A stretch of 63,577 nt of DNA, filler included, from Octopus bimaculoides (Eukaryota): NCBI RefSeq assembly GCF_001194135.2. It is 4 parts of 3 records of this genome, joined end to end, with 100 filler letters (N's around TTAATTAATTAA, not from the genome) between each part and the next. Parts side by side here need not be neighbours in the genome. Positions count along the whole stretch, not along the records: positions 1 to 30,982 come from NC_068981.1; 3 more parts are not named here. One strand, written 5' to 3'. This document shows, one piece after another, positions 1-13,682 of the stretch. How positions within the stretch are numbered: position 1 is the stretch's first letter; every line of letters begins with the position of its first letter. The position numbers and the translations under genes were made by a program. Under the pieces are notes generated by a model. The model made no database searches. It was not told where the DNA came from and saw only the letters and a program-made list of their open reading frames with translations.

Positions 1-249
1 CATTGTATTTTGAGAAATAACCGGTTTCGTGTTGTCTTTTCAAATTTCTCTACTTCATTGTGTCGTGTTCGCTCCAGTCTGAGAAAGAAGAGTTCTAGAT
101 ATGGGGAGGTAATTAGGGATTTCTTCCGGTATAGGGGAGATAATCGAAATCTAGGAGGTGGTAGAATTTGATTAATTTACCATGGTTTTGTTCTATATTT
201 TTTTCCCCTTTTTTTCTCAGTGGGGTGATGAATTTCCTTATTTAAATGT

Positions 250-620
250 GTTAGCAATGGTTAAGTTTGGGTTTGTATTTTTGAATGAAAAAGGTTTCCT
301 TATTTAATCTAATCTGTGTTGGTGTTTTAATGGCACATTGATAAAACCTCCTTGTGATAAGTAAAGAAAGCGGTCAAACACGTTTATTTTTTTTGAGCAG
401 AAAAATATAGGATTGGCTTGACCTTCCTAATGAGAAAGAATACTCTGGAGTGATCAATAGCTTACAGCAATTTATAACTGTTTACAAGCTAGAACTTAAC
501 TAAACTTGCCCATCTTCTTAGTCATCTGACTCTTAATTCGCATAAAGTGACATGCATTGACAACCTGGATTAATTAATTCATTCATAGTGCATTCGACAC
601 CTTTTCTGAATGATGTGAAA
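250..620 (-). mobile_element. Decayed Penelope-like element, GIY-YIG endonuclease C-terminus
   Basis: Minus strand 292-260 translates FFIQKYKPKLN, like the typical PLE endonuclease end (xFIxxFKPxLN); upstream sequence is heavily disrupted. Confidence 0.5.
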
Positions 621-840
621 TGTAAGGTATATGTTTTTTTTTAATGCACAAGCAACACATAAACTGACATGTACCTTTGAATTCTAATTAGTATATACTA
701 TTTATAGCCGTAAGCTAGTAATCTATCTATAGTCACAGGATCAGAATTCTTTTATTTATGATCCGTTTAATTTTTACTGTAACTACTTCGCCTAGATCTC
801 TCATTATGGCTACTTATTTTTAAAATTCTTCTTTTATTTC

Positions 841-1043
841 TTCTTTTACTTGTTTCAGTCATTTAACTGCGGCCATGCTGGAGCACCGCCTTTTAGTCAC
901 GCAAATCGACCCCAGGACTTATTCTTTGTAAGCCTAGCACTTATTGTATCGGTCTCTTTTGTTGAACCGCTATGTAATGGGGACGTAAACACACCAACAT
1001 TGGTTGTCAAGCGATGTTGGGGGGACAAACACAGACACACAAA
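841..1043 (-). mobile_element. SINE family A, 3' half
   Basis: TTTTACTTGTTTCAGTCATT..GGCCATGCTGGAGCACCGCC..ATCGACCCCAGGACTTATTCTTTGTAAGCCTAG matches copies at 4250, 40561, 55215 and 63323. Confidence 0.9.
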
Positions 1044-1408
1044 ATGTATATTTTATACTTATATTTTTCCAAACATCATCGAAAATCTCACTACTTCAGT
1101 TCTTAACAGTTGCTTTCTACAAAGCTTAATCGCAATTTACGAAACTAGGAAAAGCCACAAATTTGCACAGGCATCTAGGGGATTGCTGCTACTGCTATTC
1201 ACACAAACCTCCTAGACTACATCCAAAATGAAGCCATCCCATTGCTTGGTAAATATTCTCTCACAACACGTCACAACACAAACTAACAGACACGCAGTTT
1301 TTCCTCTCTGCCTCTTCGACTGCTACAGCATTGATCTGTGCTTCCTTGGAAGAGCTGGCTGAAGGTTCTCTCTACACAGTACTAGTCTCGTGTGTGCAAT
1401 TGTTAGAG

Positions 1409-1756
1409 CAGTGATTCACAACTGGGTTCCATATGGCCCTTGAGGGTCTATATAAGGTTTTTCTGCGCCCACGCAACAAAATAGTAAGTTGGAGACCCAC
1501 TGTAGTATTTTAAGGGCCCCTGAAAATTTTTTGCTTTAGATGTATGTATTGGTATGTATTGCAAGAAATAGCAAGATTTCTTTCTCTAAAATTTTACATA
1601 GTTCAACCTACACAAATTAATGTGTGAAAAATAAAATAGGAATTTTGGAAGAAGTTTCTATAAAACTAGTTTATGAACATCGAATTGCGATGGGGGCCAC
1701 CAGAATAAAATAATAATCGAAGGGGTTCACAGATGAAAAATTGTTGAGAACCTGTG
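1409..1756. mobile_element. hAT (Charlie-type) MITE
   Basis: Imperfect TIRs CAGTGATTCACAAC / GTTGAGAACCTGTG; 8-bp TSD TGTTAGAG (1401-1408) / TGCTAGAG (1757-1764). Confidence 0.8.
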
Positions 1757-1974
1757 TGCTAGAGCGTCGGAAAAGATGGACTATGGTATTTGCATTCTGA
1801 CGTTAAATATCTGTTAAATACCACCATTTTAGATACAATTAGCTCAGTTGGCGGCATTAGAGACAGGCATCCTATTAATTTAAGGATAACTTCCCCTTGT
1901 CCTAGAGGCTCTGAAAAAAATATAAAAGCATTGCCCTTCTTTTCCTGATGAAAACGGTTAGGAAAAAACAGGCT

Positions 1975-2125
1975 GTGGTGGTGGCGACGGTTGTAGTAGT
2001 GGTGCATGCAGCGGTGGTGGTGGTGGTGGTGGTGGTGGCAGTGCTGATGGTGGTGATAGTGGTGTTGCTGGTGATGGTTGTAGTGTTCGTGGAGCTCTTG
2101 ATGGTTTTGATGATGCTGATTACGA
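1975..2125. repeat. Degenerate (GGT)n/(GAT)n low-complexity tract
   Basis: Direct reading; source of the spurious poly-Val/His/Thr ORFs. Confidence 0.9.
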
Positions 2126-2609
2126 GGATAGGTGAAAATCGATGAGGGTGAAAATCGTTTGTTGCAGTTAGTTCCCATGCAGCTGAAAGAATCTGCATGA
2201 AAATATGTATTCCATCTTTGAAAATGTATTTTCATGCAGATATCCTCCCCGTAGATATACAAACTGCACATCATGCTTACCAGTCTGGGAACATGGATCT
2301 TTGTTGAGCATGAGATTAAAATGTCGGACGACCAGCCGAAAGGTGGAAAAATAATACTATTAGAAAACTATTCCAGTGCATTCCACACAAAAGATTTTGA
2401 AATCAACTTGCTCAGTAGCAAAAACTCAATTTACCCACGTCATTTTCAACATTGTAAAAGTACTGGAAAAGAACAATAAGACATCGCAAATTTTGAAAGA
2501 AAACTAGTTCATCGAAAATGGGGACAATTTCATGTTGTGTTGAGAAGCAAGAGAAAAGGACTCAGAATAAGAGAATTGAAAAAATAACAATGTTGATGAC
2601 TTAATATCA

Positions 2610-2800
<191 letters not shown>

Positions 2801-3279
2801 GCTATAATCAACACCTTACTGGTATAAAGGAAATTCTCGCAGATGATAGAGAAAAAAAGATTGTAAAACAACTTCTAATTGAAAAATTCTCAAAGAATAG
2901 TCGTCAAATCGATCGATTTTGTAGTCGTNNNNNNNNNNNNNNNNNNNNNNNNNNNNNNNNNNNNNNNNNNNNNNNNNNNNNNNNNNNNNNNNNNNNNNNN
3001 NNNNNNNNNNNNNNNNNNNNNNNNNNNNNNNNNNNNNNNNNNNNNNNNNNNNNNNNNNNNNNNNNNNNNNNNNNNNNNNNNNNNNNNNNNNNNNNNNNNN
3101 NNNNNNNNNNNNNNNNNNNNNNNNNNNNNNNNNNNNNNNNNNNNNNNNNNNNNNNNNNNNNNNNNNNNNNNNNNNNNNNNNNNNNNNNNNNNNNNNNNNN
3201 NNNNNNNNNNNNNNNNNNNNNNNNNNNNNNNNNNNNNNNNNNNNNNGATAGGTATATACATTATAGTAACAGTAAAAAA

Positions 3280-3490
3280 GAAGAAGAAGAAGAAGAAGAA
3301 GAAGAAGGAGGAGGAGGAGGAGGAGGAACAGCACCAGCGGGACAGTGTTGGTGATGGCAGTAGAGGTTGTGGTAGTGGTGGAGTTGGTGATAGTGGAAGG
3401 GAGTGGCGGCGGTGGCAGTGCCGTTGGTGGTGGTGGTGGTGGTGGCGGTGGTGATTAGGATGATGATGATGTTGATGATGATGATAATAA
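3280..3490. repeat. (GAA)n(GGA)n and degenerate (GGT)n/(GAT)n tract
   Basis: Direct reading. Confidence 0.9.
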
Positions 3491-4249
3491 AGATGAAAAT
3501 CGTTCGTTGTTGCTATTTCCCATACAGCTGAAAAGCTCAGTAGAAATAACTTCCTGTTATCTGCGTTATCCCAAAGGAAATAGAAAAGTGGTGACGTGTT
3601 TCTCAGCATTTCATTCTTTTGTGTGAGATGACAATGAAACAAAAGCGAAATGTCTGTTTATTAAAATGAACGAAAACCTTTATACAAGTTATCAGTGAAA
3701 ACGAACCACCAAAATGTCTTGTAAGAATGTTTACGCAAGATGTGGAAAACAAAAGTGAAAAATATCTGCTTATTAAAAAGAAGAAAAGATTTTCGAAGAC
3801 TCTGCAAAAAATTAATAACACAAAGGCAAAAAAGAAAACGAAGGCATATTCTTCGCATGTTTTGCTGAAATTAATTAAGCCTTTAGCTTGAACTACCGGT
3901 TATGTTTTTGGGTTTGAATTGTTACATTGTAAAGTAGCCTTAATAGTAGCTTAAATACATAAAAGTACTACGTCTATATCGATATAACATACTTAATGTA
4001 AGTGTGTTGTGAAAAAGCGCCAGAATTTTCGCCCAATAAAAATCCCTTTATAAAAGTTCAACTCAATGTACTTCAGAGTTAGGCGAAACGGAATTGTCTC
4101 AGCCGATGTTGTGGCTAATTAATAGACACATAATCGTGTCACTTCCAAAATGAAATGGATTCAGCTAGTATTTACAGATTATAAACTGGTCTGCAAATGC
4201 GCTGCGTAAGCGGAATAAATTCGAATTATGCAATAGAAGCAGCTCTGTA

Positions 4250-4591
4250 CTCTTTACTCTTTTACTTGTTTCAGTCATTTGACTGTGGCCATGCTGGAGC
4301 ACCGCCTTTAGTCGAGCAAATCGACCCCAAGACTTATTCTTTGGATGCCTAGAACTTATTCTATCGGTCTCTTTTGCCGATAAACACACCACCATCGGTC
4401 GTCAATCGATGTTGGGAGGGGGACAAACACAGACACACAAACATATACACGCACAGACATACATATATGTCTTCTACTATAGCCCGAGGCTATAGTAGAA
4501 GACACTTGCCCAAGGTGCCACGCAGTGGGAATGAACCCGGAACCATGTGGTTGGTAAGTAAGCTACTTACCACACAGCCACTCCTGCGCCT
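4250..4591 (-). mobile_element. SINE family A, near full length with internal deletions
   Basis: Minus strand begins AGGCGCAGGAGTGGCTGTGTGGTAAGT (A-box-like) ... GGTTCATTCCC (B-box-like), then TTGGGCAAGTG, internal (CA/TA)n and the family A 3' tail. Confidence 0.92.
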
Positions 4592-5499
4592 CTAGTAATT
4601 TTTTTTTTCAATACACTATAATGTATGCAGCCAGAAGCTGCGGTTTTCACCAAAGATACACATGCATTATGTATATTGCACTGATATACTTTTTACTATA
4701 GAGCTGCTTCTATTGCACAATTCGAATTTGTAATAGAGTAATATCCCATAACATTCATCGTGTCAACACATCAAACATTGTGTTTCCTCATACAATTTTT
4801 TCAAAGCAAAAAATCGGAGTAAGTTCCAATATTGCTTTCTCCAGGACTAATGGTAAAATATTATTTCATTGCAAACGGCGAAAAATACTTGGTCATTTAA
4901 AACGATCTCTAACTTATGTAACTAATTGTATTTACTAGGCCTTAATCGTCACTATGCTGCCAGGAAAAATATTTGCTAATCATGTACGTATCTTCTTCTA
5001 ATTGTAGCTTGTTATATTGTGAAAGTTGCTATAGTGACAACAGTCTACCTATTTGTCTATCTTTTACACACACACACACACACACATGCACGCACGCACG
5101 CACACACACGCATACACTCCATCTCGCTCTCTCACTGAATTTCTCTTTCAATAACAATGACAACAGCCTATCATTATAGTGAAAGTATTTTATTAAAGTA
5201 TGTGTTGCGGTGTCTCAATGTTGAAAAACATACAAAAACAGTCACACACAAACTCAGAAACACACACACATGCACACACGCACAAACACACATAAACTAA
5301 CAACCCCAAAATAACTATCTATATTATTATATAATGAAAATCTTTTGTTTCTGAAGCTGTGCTGTGTTTTTTTTTGTTTTGTTTTTTTTGTCAGACTTGC
5401 ATTGAAAATTCCCGCGTTTTAAATCAAAACTTGTTAGTTACTATGGTGATAGCATTACCTATTTGTCTATCTATCTATCTTTCACAAATACACACGCTC

Positions 5500-5508
5500 T
5501 TTCTCTTT

Positions 5509-5564
<56 letters not shown>

Positions 5565-5586
5565 NNNNNNNNNNNNNNNNNNNCTA

Positions 5587-5632
<46 letters not shown>
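5500..5632. repeat. (CT)n microsatellite with gap
   Basis: Direct reading. Confidence 0.95.
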
Positions 5633-5635
<3 letters not shown>

Positions 5636-6479
5636 CACTGCATTTCTCTTTCAACAACATTTTCTACTTCCCTTCTTCTAAAAATACATTGTGATGTCCA
5701 TTTTGATTACTCACTTTCTTTTTCTCACTCTAGTAGATGGTGTGACGGACAAACAGACAGATATCTGCTTCTCTTTTATAATACAAGAGTGACTATATCA
5801 GGCTTTTTGTGAAGATTAGCCTCGTTTGTAACAGTTTTCCACGTGGCTAATAACTGTTTCATTGTATTTTTTATGTATTTATGAAGCTATTATACTCATA
5901 AGCATCAGAAGATAAAACGCATATTATGATGTACTGGAAATAATTACTGACGTGAAGAAAAGTAGCCTCAATTTCATATAGGACATGTTGTTTAGCTACA
6001 AGCTAATCCTTATACAGTGAACTGACTAACAAATACGTTGAAATCATGAGCACACTATTTTTCCGGGTGTAATATATATCTACTATTACATTGTGCAAGA
6101 AGTGAGGACTTCCTTTCTTTTAAAAACTATAGAGTTGGATTTGATACAGTTTTGGTTACTGTCTTTAAAAGATCGACGACTCGTTGGTGTCCTCTCATTG
6201 AACCGCAAAAAAATGTTCGCTTGGAAGTTTGCAAAATTCAGAAAATAAATTACAAGGGTTGAGTTTCTTAGTAAAAGTGGGAAATGCAGCAAATAACTTT
6301 ACTTTGAATTTTTTGCTTTATAGTTTAACTGGCATTTTACATACTAGGTACTAATATTAGTGTTAATTTTGCAGTAACAGATTTAATTAGCACAAAACCG
6401 TACTTAACTAACTGTATTTTCTGATTATTTCGTTAAACCAACCACCACTCTTCTTTCAAGTACATACACAAAATGAAAA

Positions 6480-6700
6480 ACAGAAAGCTAGCAAGCCATA
6501 TCTAGAACCTAAACGGCAGTAATATAGCCCACATCATCAATTGGAACTAGGCTATATATATGGAGATTTAGGCCATATATTAATAGGTTAATAAAAAAAC
6601 CAGAAGCTGCATAGATGAAAGAACACATCTTTATGGGCTCAAATAAATGCACTCAGTATTTAAACTTGAGATGATAGATTTTTTCCAAGACCTATGCAAT
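6480..6700 (+). mobile_element. Possible highly decayed Penelope-like GIY-YIG 3' fragment
   Basis: Fragmentary resemblance across frameshifts (INW, RPY, xxDExTHI, NKxT) to the PLE W..PY..CxLCxxEK..LNKRxEL pattern. Confidence 0.3.
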
Positions 6701-7023
6701 CGAAAAGTTTCGGTTATTGAACTGGAAGATGGACCCATCACCAGATTAGACACATGAAGGGGCTAAAAACTTCTGAAATATGGCATATACGCCCATTACC
6801 CTTTTTTCATCTTCGATTTCATTGTTTGTTTACATCTGACGTCTCGGATACGAAACGTTGTACCAAAAATCAGTGACGCAAAGCGCACTGCAACGACAGT
6901 AGAACTCGATATTGACTTACAAAAACGTTTAATATATTTTATAATATATTATGGTTGCACGACGAAATACTGCGTCTCTACAAGTCACTAATACGAACAA
7001 GTCATTATTACTATACAATATAA

Positions 7024-7236
7024 TGCGGCGAGCGAGCAGAATCGTTAGCATGCTGAATGAAATGCTTAGCAGTATTTTGACCGTCGCTAACATTCTGAGT
7101 CCAAATTCCGCTGAGGTCGATTTTGCCTTTCATCTTATTGGGGTCTATAAATTAAGTACCACTGAAACACTGGGGTCGATGTAATTGACTCATCCCTCCC
7201 CCCAAAATGGCTACCCTCGTGGCAAAATTTGAAACC
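7024..7236 (+). mobile_element. SINE family E, full length
   Basis: GCGGCGAGCGAGCAGAATCGTTAGCA head, GAGTCCAAATTCC B-box-like motif, GTCGATTTTGCCTTTCATC..GGGGTC..TAAATTAAGTACC core, AAAATTTGAAACC end; matches 46724-46962 and 21331-21497. Confidence 0.9.
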
Positions 7237-8189
7237 ATCATTACAATACAACAGAGGTCCTTTGGATAATAGACGATTGACAGTAAAAGAAAAAATGTAA
7301 GGTACCGAATCTGAATTTAAAAAATTGATAATATAAATTTTCCATACGTGTGGAAACAGACAAAGTAAGAAAAGCGAGTTAAAAGAGTGAATTGAAATAG
7401 CCTTTTCAAAAATCTAGACTAAAAGATAAATATGTTGTAAGAGATAATAATTAAAATTAAAATAGCAAGATATTAATAAATTGCAAGGATGAATGTGTTC
7501 CGCAAAAAAGTAAAATACTAAATCTGAAGATAAATTAACAAAAAATATGAGCTTAGGTGGAACCGCAGTCATTGATGAAAACAGAAGAGAGAGAAACATC
7601 ACAACCTGAGAAGAAAGGGAAAAAAGAAGGAGAAAGCAAAGGTGAACGTGGGAAAAACAAGGAAGAAGACAAAGAAAAAGAAAAAGAAAAAGAGATAGTT
7701 AAAAGTATCTTTTAGTAACAAATAACAACCTGCACCTCATACAGATAGTCAGGGAAGGGATGAAGCTACTAGAAAGCATGCAACAGATTAAGAAATTAGA
7801 AAACTAAAGAATTAAATGAACGAAGAAGGTAATGGCCAGACCATTGATAAAGCCGATCGAAATAAAACGTACGAAATTAAGTTTTGAAATATACAAAGAC
7901 GAAAAATATATGCATAGAGATATTTTTTAAAAAATCAATCCAATTATTTCAAGATAGGAGTAATAATTTCAATATATGAATGACAATATAAAATGAAATA
8001 CAACAATATAATATAAAGAACATGTATCCTGGTCGATAAAAGTTCGTATTAAAAGATAAAAGGATAAATTCAAACACTTATAAAATTATATAGATCGAAT
8101 ATAATTGTCGAGAGAAAACAATTCAGTACTACAAAAACAGAAAAAGTATCCAACAAATTCGAAGTTATGCTGAAAACAGAGAAGCAGAG

Positions 8190-9170
8190 TAAATTGGTGA
8201 GAAGTGGTAATGTTAATGCTAAAATTAATCGTTCGGTTGCAAAGGTTTCGAAATTAGAAACTTAGAAGAATACTTATGATAGCTGAATAGTTCAGATTTC
8301 CGCTTCAAGGCAGATTTAACTTGAAAGAGGATAAAGTATTTTTTCTTTTAAGCGCAATAAGCATTTTATAGAATGTCGACAGGATCCATACCTCTATGGG
8401 CTTCTTTCTTCCAAAAGAGACCACTGGGTATTTGAAAAGGGTAGGACCAAATTCTTCTAACTGCTATACATGTTTTATTATTTAAATTCCGAGAAATTTG
8501 AAAGAATTCTTGCGCAGATAAAATTTCATTTTCAAGCTGATTTCTGTGCCTCCAGTTTAAGTCCTGTATATACAGCTATTTTCGATCTGGGCCTATATAC
8601 AACTATTGCCCTATAGACAACTATTTCATCAGGAAATTACCATTAAGTAGGCAGTTACTAGTGACATTGATTTGCACTTAGGGCCGTCACTATATGCATG
8701 AGATATGACGAGCCGGCTCATAGTATGCTGATTAACGGATGAAGCATAGTTTTTGCAACACGGATAGCTATTAGCAAGCTTACACATTCCTATTAGAACG
8801 ACAGCTGTGATATTTAAGGATAACAAAAAGTAAATTTTCTGGCGCAACGAAAGGATTTCCAACGTTCAAGTGTACATGAATATGTTAAATATCATTGTAT
8901 TATTGAACACTGTTTTGTGCAACTAACTGTATTTAGTTAATTCCAGTTTGAAAAAGCTTTACAAATGCCAGCAGAGTATTTGATGTCTGCTTCTAAGTAT
9001 TGTGATTGTATGGGTTACTTTGTATATATTACTGTTTGTTTGTATTTGCGTGCGTCTGTCATTCTCTATTATCTCACTTCCATGAATGGAGCAAAATTGT
9101 TTTTCAATTCTGATGAAAATGATGAACAAAATTCCTTTAACAAATCTCAATATGTTTAACCACTCAAATT
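8190..9170 (-). mobile_element. Decayed Penelope-like element (RT thumb/linker plus GIY-YIG endonuclease)
   Basis: Minus-strand pieces with frameshifts: CCKNYASSVNQH, CLLNGNFLMK/VVYRAIV, VYTGL (second GIY-YIG motif) and KRKSELFS, collinear with the PLE pattern YSCxxNxxxxIxxH..CPLxGxCLxxxVVYxAxV..YIGxT..LNKRSEL. Confidence 0.75.
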
Positions 9171-9713
9171 ACTTGCATTCGTCCACTATACGCGATGCAC
9201 TCCTCTTCAAGGAAAAAAAACCCAAAAGAGATCCATTTTACTTCATAGTGGTATTTTGTAGTAAGGTGGCTATTACCTTGATACCTTGACAGTGTTCATG
9301 GGCTTCACGGACCATCTGAGTTGTATGAGAAATAGTAGTGCCACTTCAATAATAAGTTTTTAAAATCGAGTTAAGAATTTTATATCTTTATCATAAAATT
9401 TATATAATCTCGATAATTTCTCGATCAGAATATATTCATCTCCAGCCTGCGAAAGTTTTGAATCGACTTTTACAGGAAATCATATTCTTTTATTTTACTC
9501 TTTTATTCTTTTACACGTTTCAGCCATTTTGACTGTGTGTGTGTCTGTGTGTGTGTGTATGAATGGAAACACCGCTAGCTACTCGTCAGGCCAAAGATAC
9601 CTTAGACAAATGAAGGTTACATTGTCGTCAAGGGATCCCGTGTTAACTTACAGGAGATTTTTATTCGCATACACAGCACAGCTAGTTGCTAACTGTGGAC
9701 TATAAAATATGTG

Positions 9714-10045
9714 AAGGCGCATGGCTCAGTAGTTAGAGCGTCGAGCTTACGATCGTGAGGTTGTGAGTTCGAATCTCGGATCGGGCTGCGTGTTGTGTCC
9801 TTGAGCAAGACACTTTATTTCACGTTGCTCAGTTCACTCAGCTGTAGAAATGAGTTGCAACGTAACAGGTGTCAAGCTGTATCGGCGTTTGCCTTTCCCT
9901 TGGATAACACTGGTGGCGTGGAGAGGGGAGGCTGGTATGCATGGGTGACTGCTGGTCTTCCATAAACAACCTTGCCCGGATTTCTGCCTCGGAGAGTAAC
10001 TTTCTAGGTGAAATCCCATGGTCAGTCATGACCGAAGGAGGTTTC
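9714..10045 (+). mobile_element. SINE family B, full length
   Basis: tRNA-like head AAGGCGCATGGCTCAGTAGTTAGAGC..GAGTTCGAATCTC, GTGTCCTTGAGCAAGACACTTTATTTCACGTTGCTC body, CATGACCGAAGG 3' end followed by (TA/TG)n; second copy at 26082-26397. Confidence 0.93.
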
Positions 10046-10049
10046 AACA

Positions 10050-10199
10050 TGTATATATGTATGTATGCATATATGTGTGTATGCATGTATGCGTGTGTGT
10101 ATGCATATCTATATATATATATATATGTATGCATGTGTGCACGCTTGTATGTATGTACTCTGCATGTATCTGTGTATACATGTATGTATGTGTGTATGC

Positions 10200-10276
<77 letters not shown>

Positions 10277-10500
10277 CATGTGTGCACGTTTGTATTTTTG
10301 TATGTATTCTGCATACCCATGAGCATGTGTGTTCATGTTTGTGTGTGTGTCTGTGTTTATATTTGTGTGTTTGTATGTGTGTATGTGTGTGTGCTTGTAT
10401 ATGTGTGTGTGTATTTGTGAGTGTACATTTGTCTTCTTGTTTGTATATGTTTGTGTGTGTCTGTGTATGGGTTTGTGTGACAATATAAACTGTGGGTGTT
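10050..10500. repeat. Compound (AT)n/(GT)n/(ATGT)n microsatellite
   Basis: Direct reading; begins at the SINE B tail. Confidence 0.95.
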
Positions 10501-10757
10501 GTGCGTATGACACCTTCTATGTATATTTCCTAGAGTCAACGACTATTAAAAAGGTTGCAAGACTCAACGAAAATATTAGTAAAAATAAATAAGTAAATGA
10601 ATGGAAATCAGTCCGGTAAGTGTGTTAAATTATCATGGACTAAAAGAGAATGACTCTCCCCAAACACAATAAAATATGCTTCAACATACGAATTCACATA
10701 AAGAATCTTGCAAACCAAATACAAAAACGAAATATGTTCTATTGAATTCGCTTAAAT

Positions 10758-10856
10758 ATGTTGTTGTTGCTGCTGCTGCTGCTGCTGTTGTTGTTGTTGT
10801 TGTTGTTGCTGTTGTTGTTGTTGCTGCTGCTGCTGCTGCTGTTGTTGTTGCTGTTT

Positions 10857-10868
<12 letters not shown>
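10758..10868. repeat. (GTT)n/(GCT)n microsatellite
   Basis: Direct reading. Confidence 0.95.
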
Positions 10869-10887
<19 letters not shown>

Positions 10888-11090
10888 CTATGTAAGCTTT
10901 AATAGAGCAAAAGGCAAACAGTGTGAAATCAGAAGAAAATGTATCTGATATTTCTATTACAGTGATTACTTGCCTATGGCACACTCTCTAAATTTGGCGG
11001 CGATTTTCATCTGAAAGTGTCGCAAATGAAAATAGATGATGTATCTGAAATCTTTGATAAAACGTAAAAATATTTTTTTGAATATATTAT

Positions 11091-11310
11091 AATCCTTTCT
11101 AATATAGGCACGAGGCCTGAGATTTGGTGGGAGATGCTAGTTGATTACATCGACCCCGATATTTAACTGCTACTTTATTTCATCTATCTCGAAAGTATGA
11201 AAAATCATTTCGGTCTCTGCGGGATTTGAGCTTAGTACGTAAAGAGTCGGAAGAAATGAAACTAAGAATTTTGTTCGGCATGCTAACGAATCTACAGGCC
11301 CGTGGCCTTT
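11091..11310 (-). mobile_element. SINE family E variant (E2 tail), diverged
   Basis: AATCCTTTCTAATATAGGCACGAGGCCTGAG..GATTACATCGACCCC..GCTAACGAATCT; matches 45970-46152. Confidence 0.8.
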
Positions 11311-13039
11311 GAATATATTATAATTAATTGTAGAGATCCATTAGGACTACAGAACATTTAATATTAACAGAAGTACTAAATCTTAATGATAGCCAATTTC
11401 TGTGAAAGTGTTTTGTTTCATTATTAAGCAATAGAGAATTATTTATTTGACAAAAATGTTTGAGATTGTGAAACATTTGGGAACTGCTGTTCTAGTGGAA
11501 CATGTGACCATGCAGAGTTTCCTGAGATCACTCTTAAATACACACTTAAAAATAATCCGCTTTCATTCTGTTTCCATCAAACAATACGGCCTGGTACGCA
11601 TCTTCAGTTTTCTTGACTTTAATGAGCAAGAGATAAATCTTTTCCAGTATCACACTCAGATACAATGGAAGCAATTTTTTTAACTTGCGCAAGTGAATCC
11701 CCGATTCAACAGTGTTTATTGATGCTGTTTGAAGAGGTGGGTTATTACCATACCGAGTTGAGTAACTCAGAAACATCTAGTTGGAAAAATACTAGTTAAG
11801 TTTTTTATATTAACATATTCAGTGAAGTAAGCATTAAAAAGTTAATAGGAATAATTATGTGCTGAACAAACGTCACTCTTAGTCAAATACAAATATAGTC
11901 ATTTTGTTGAATAATTATTCGCAATTAGCTTTTCAATTACTTTAATTATTCCAATAAACACTTTCCGGTTAGCGAGACACACATCACCCCACTTGCCGAA
12001 TTCCTGTGGACTAATTTACAACTTGGTGGACTGAACTATTTGAATGAAACACAATGCCGAAGACAAGGTACGAAGCATTGACTTCACGTTCGGTTGTGTC
12101 TTTACTACATATCCTGTCAGCCATCCACACTTTTCTCACAAAATGACTAAAACTTAATTTTTACTGAACCCAGAGAAGGGAAGGTGAACTCATTTCAATG
12201 AGGTTTCAACACAGAACGCATTTTCTTTTTTTTTTTTGTTAAATATAGTATGACATTTTGCACAAAGCTCTAGCGACTCCTGGCCTGAACAGAGAGTCTC
12301 TACGCATTTTACATCTAACAAAAAAAAATCTTGAGAAAAAAAGACTATACCAAAGATTAGCATTCAACACTCGACTCAAAAACAAATAAATAATCCTGTT
12401 AGATACAGCCCACATTCTACGTAAAATACCTTCAATTCAAAAGAGCAAATCACCCAGTACCCTCTCTAAACGACAATTAACATATATTGTACTTAATCTC
12501 CGCCCAATAATTAAACAACCGACACGAATAAATACTCAAAACTAGCTGTTCTTATAGTTTTTTTAGTTACTGGAGCATTGGTGATTAAATAAAAGAATTG
12601 CAGACGCACCTCGCATGCAAAGTTTTAAAAGATTTTTCTTTAAATGTTAACATTTGGAAACAAGTATAGAAAACTGTTGCCTATGTTACTTCATACTTGT
12701 GTATAACAAAATATAAACAGCACGTATTTCAAGACACTACCGTATTTTTTTTAATTTTCTAGACTGGCATTTCCTATATTTACTAAAGCCATGGTACATT
12801 AGAAATCCATAATGTATTGTTTGAGAATCAACAGGTGGAAACAAATTACCACCCAAATAACACAGTACATACTCTTGTAAAATGGACAACCGACACAATG
12901 AAACATCCCACATACCATCATTAACACCCAACCCTCATATTCTGCTCAATCAACATTTGAAGTAAAGCAACACGCACGGCTTTCAGTTTACAGAATGATC
13001 TGACAAAACAAACACTATTATCACGAGAAATAACAATTA

Positions 13040-13682
13040 GGATCTATTTCAAAACGGGGGCACCAGTTTTCATTTATGTTTTATGTAGTGTTTTTGGTAC
13101 CGAAAGACTTTCAAACTTCGTATACTTATCTATTTTGTGTTATAGAACAGAAAAAAATTTTTGTATTCGAATTTATTTCATGTAAAAAATTGTCTTATTT
13201 CGATAATTTCTGCTAATCACTGACGTCTATTCAGTTGAAAACAGTTAGCGCTGTAACGGTGTATATCGTATTAATCCCCTAGCCCTAACCCTAACCCTAA
13301 CCCTAACCCTAAAACTAACCCTAACTCTAGAATCCGAACTCTAAAATTGTTACACACATAGATACGCACAGCGTAATTTATTATATAAACAATATATGCG
13401 TATAAATTACGATTAAACCGGATGAAATATGTCACAGGGAATAACATTTTTATGACCGCCCAGCAGTAACTCTATTCAGCTGAATAGCCGTCAGTGATTG
13501 GTTGAAATTACAGAAATACGACAACTTTAACATGGAATAACTTGCGACGTACGTTTTTTTGTTAAGAAGACTAAGAGTAAAAGATGTTTTATATGACACA
13601 TTCTACCAGTGTCCCAAGTTTCAAAGTGTTTCGTTAGTGTTTCGTTAAGAAAATACTGGTGCCCCCGTTTTGAAATAGATCC
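13040..13682. mobile_element. Non-autonomous DNA transposon with 28-bp TIR, 8-bp TSD and internal (CCCTAA)n; possibly Merlin-like
   Basis: GGATCTATTTCAAAACGGGGGCACCAGT (13040-13067) is the exact reverse complement of 13655-13682; TSD AACAATTA at 13032-13039 and 13683-13690; imperfect inverted similarity extends about 200 bp inward. Confidence 0.92.
13277..13329. repeat. Interstitial telomeric-type repeat (CCCTAA)n, about 8 partly degenerate units
   Basis: CCCTAGCCCTAACCCTAACCCTAACCCTAACCCTAAAACTAACCCTAACTCTA. Confidence 0.9.

Noticed and set aside
9714-9790. tRNA-like sequences here and at other SINE heads
   Set aside because: A/B-box-like motifs continue directly into SINE bodies and there is no 3' acceptor stem; these are SINE heads, not tRNA genes.
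11440-11800. Transposase or LINE ORF relic
   Set aside because: Only a hAT-like terminal string (TTTGGGAACTGCTG) is visible; the translations show no recognisable motif.
13277-13329. True telomere or chromosome fusion scar
   Set aside because: It is short, degenerate, single-orientation and enclosed within a TIR element with a TSD.
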